Source: Chitinophagaceae bacterium
Lineage (GTDB): Bacteria; Bacteroidota; Bacteroidia; Chitinophagales; Chitinophagaceae
DNA: 64,000 bases
Reading direction: 5' to 3'
Assembly: GCA_965263285.1 (NCBI GenBank)
Contig: CBDHHD010000016.1
Coordinates: 2,005,859-2,069,858, forward strand
The translations under genes and the position numbers were made by a program. Below the pieces are notes generated by a model that worked only from the letters and a program-made list of their open reading frames with translations, did not search any database and was not told the origin of the DNA. Below are positions 63,486 through 64,000 of the stretch, one piece after another. How positions within the stretch are numbered: position 1 is the first letter of the stretch; each line of letters opens with the position of its first letter.

Positions 63486-63674
63486 AGTGCAAAAATAAAG
63501 GCTCAAAATGAGAAAAACAATATTTTTTAAAATATTAACAAAAGATTAACTTATTTTAGGGACTACAAATTCGGTTTTTCGCACTTTTTTGTTTTTCAAA
63601 ATATTCAAAATCAATACTTTATAAAATTGACACCCCCTAAAAAACAGCCGTTTTTACTGCTTTTTTCCTACTTT

Positions 63675-63688
63675 TTTACCAAGTTGGG
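63675..63688. repeat. IS-A terminal inverted repeat (right)
   Basis: TTTACCAAGTTGGG, the exact reverse complement of 61456-61469. Confidence 0.85.
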
Positions 63689-64000
63689 TTAGGTACTTTC
63701 TTTATTTGAATATCTTTGTTTTTATAAATTTGATATTGAATAGCATTGAGACTTTCTAATATACTAGCTTGTGTTAACCCAAGTGTTTTGCATTCGTCCC
63801 ATATATATTTCATTATTATATAACCTAACATGCATACAAACACATGTCCCCTTGTTCTACTTTCTTTTCTAACATACACTGGCTGTATTTCTTCAAAGCT
63901 TTGTTTAAAAGTTCTAAATGCTTGCTCTACCAAGGCTAAATCTTTGTACTTTTGATGTATATATTCCTTATCCCCATCTCTTTCATTTACATTCGTTTTA
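63676..64000 (-). pseudogene. IS-B transposase gene (IS4/IS1634-like), upstream part; interrupted by IS-A and running off the right window edge
   Basis: The minus-strand frame is open from 64000 (the track start at 63933 is an in-frame TTG). It encodes ...KDLALVEQAFRTFKQSFEEIQPVYVRKESRTRGHVFVCMLGYII..., paralogous to the C-terminal catalytic region of the IS-A transposase. The last 4 sense codons plus the stop (63676-63690) read into the IS-A inverted repeat. Confidence 0.75.
63689..63692. repeat. Target-site duplication TTAG (right)
   Basis: See the left copy. Confidence 0.7.

Larger units (their letters stand above)
61456..63688 (-). mobile_element. IS-A: complete 2,233-bp insertion sequence (IS4-superfamily, IS1634-like)
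   Basis: Perfect 14-bp terminal inverted repeats (CCCAACTTGGTAAA at 61456-61469; TTTACCAAGTTGGG at 63675-63688). These are flanked by the direct repeat TTAG (61452-61455 and 63689-63692). The element encloses one long transposase ORF. Confidence 0.85.

Noticed and set aside
63519-63536. The palindrome AATATTTT-TT-AAAATATT upstream of the IS-A transposase start, as a possible operator.
   Set aside because: It is composed entirely of A and T in A+T-rich DNA, so chance occurrence is likely and nothing else supports it.
61519-63645. The 11-bp inverted repeat GTTTTTTAGGG / CCCTAAAAAAC as the true IS-A termini.
   Set aside because: The outer 14-bp perfect IRs with a TTAG duplication, and the in-frame repair of the flanking IS-B gene, define the ends better. 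The 11-mers are retained only as subterminal motifs.

Overview
A+T-rich window (roughly one-third G+C by eye). Two co-directional, internally repetitive non-ribosomal peptide synthetase (NRPS) genes fill most of it, followed by a nested pair of IS elements. (1) nt 1-45362 (+) is one reading frame, open from the first codon of the window to TAA at 45360 (15,119 sense codons). The ORF-track start at 75 is only an in-frame TTG, so the gene is 5'-incomplete. Eleven modules are visible: [C]-A-T-E | C-A-T-E | C-A-T-E | Cy-A(Ox)-T | C-A-T | Cy-A(Ox)-T | C-A-T-E | C-A-T | Cy-A(Ox)-T | C-A-T-E | C-A-T-TE. (2) nt 45438-61307 (+) is a 5,289-aa four-module NRPS: C(N-terminal, degenerate HHLISGG)-A-T | Cy-A(Ox)-T | C-A-T-E | C-A-T-TE. 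Its last ~13 kb is a collinear, near-identical copy of the 3' end of gene 1, but the two A-domain specificity cassettes flanking the Cys module are exchanged. Binding-pocket residues extracted by eye give Cys (DLYNLSLIWK, four times, always in Cy/Ox thiazole-forming modules), Val-like, Phe/Tyr-like, Gly, and three codes I cannot assign. Predicted backbones are ...-D-Xa-D-Xa-D-Xb-Thz-Val-Thz-D-(Val/Leu-like)-Phe-like-Thz-D-Xe-Gly for gene 1 and Xe'-Thz-D-Tyr-like-Gly for gene 2. The genes are built from multi-kb repeats: a 4,545-bp A-T-E-C unit, a thiazole-Val dimodule repeated at 7,419 bp, and the ~13-kb tail duplication. A-domain scaffolds are homogenised while the A3-A6 cassettes are swapped. 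(3) nt ~61293-64000 holds an IS4/IS1634-like element (IS-B; transposase on the minus strand, running off the right edge). It appears to abut gene 2 and rewrite its last codons. IS-B is itself interrupted by a 2,233-bp IS (IS-A, 61456-63688) with perfect 14-bp terminal inverted repeats, a 4-bp TTAG target duplication and an intact transposase. No rRNA, tRNA or CRISPR features were seen. Domain borders are accurate to about +/-30-60 nt. Substrate predictions are manual alignments to the GrsA-PheA pocket positions and are provisional.
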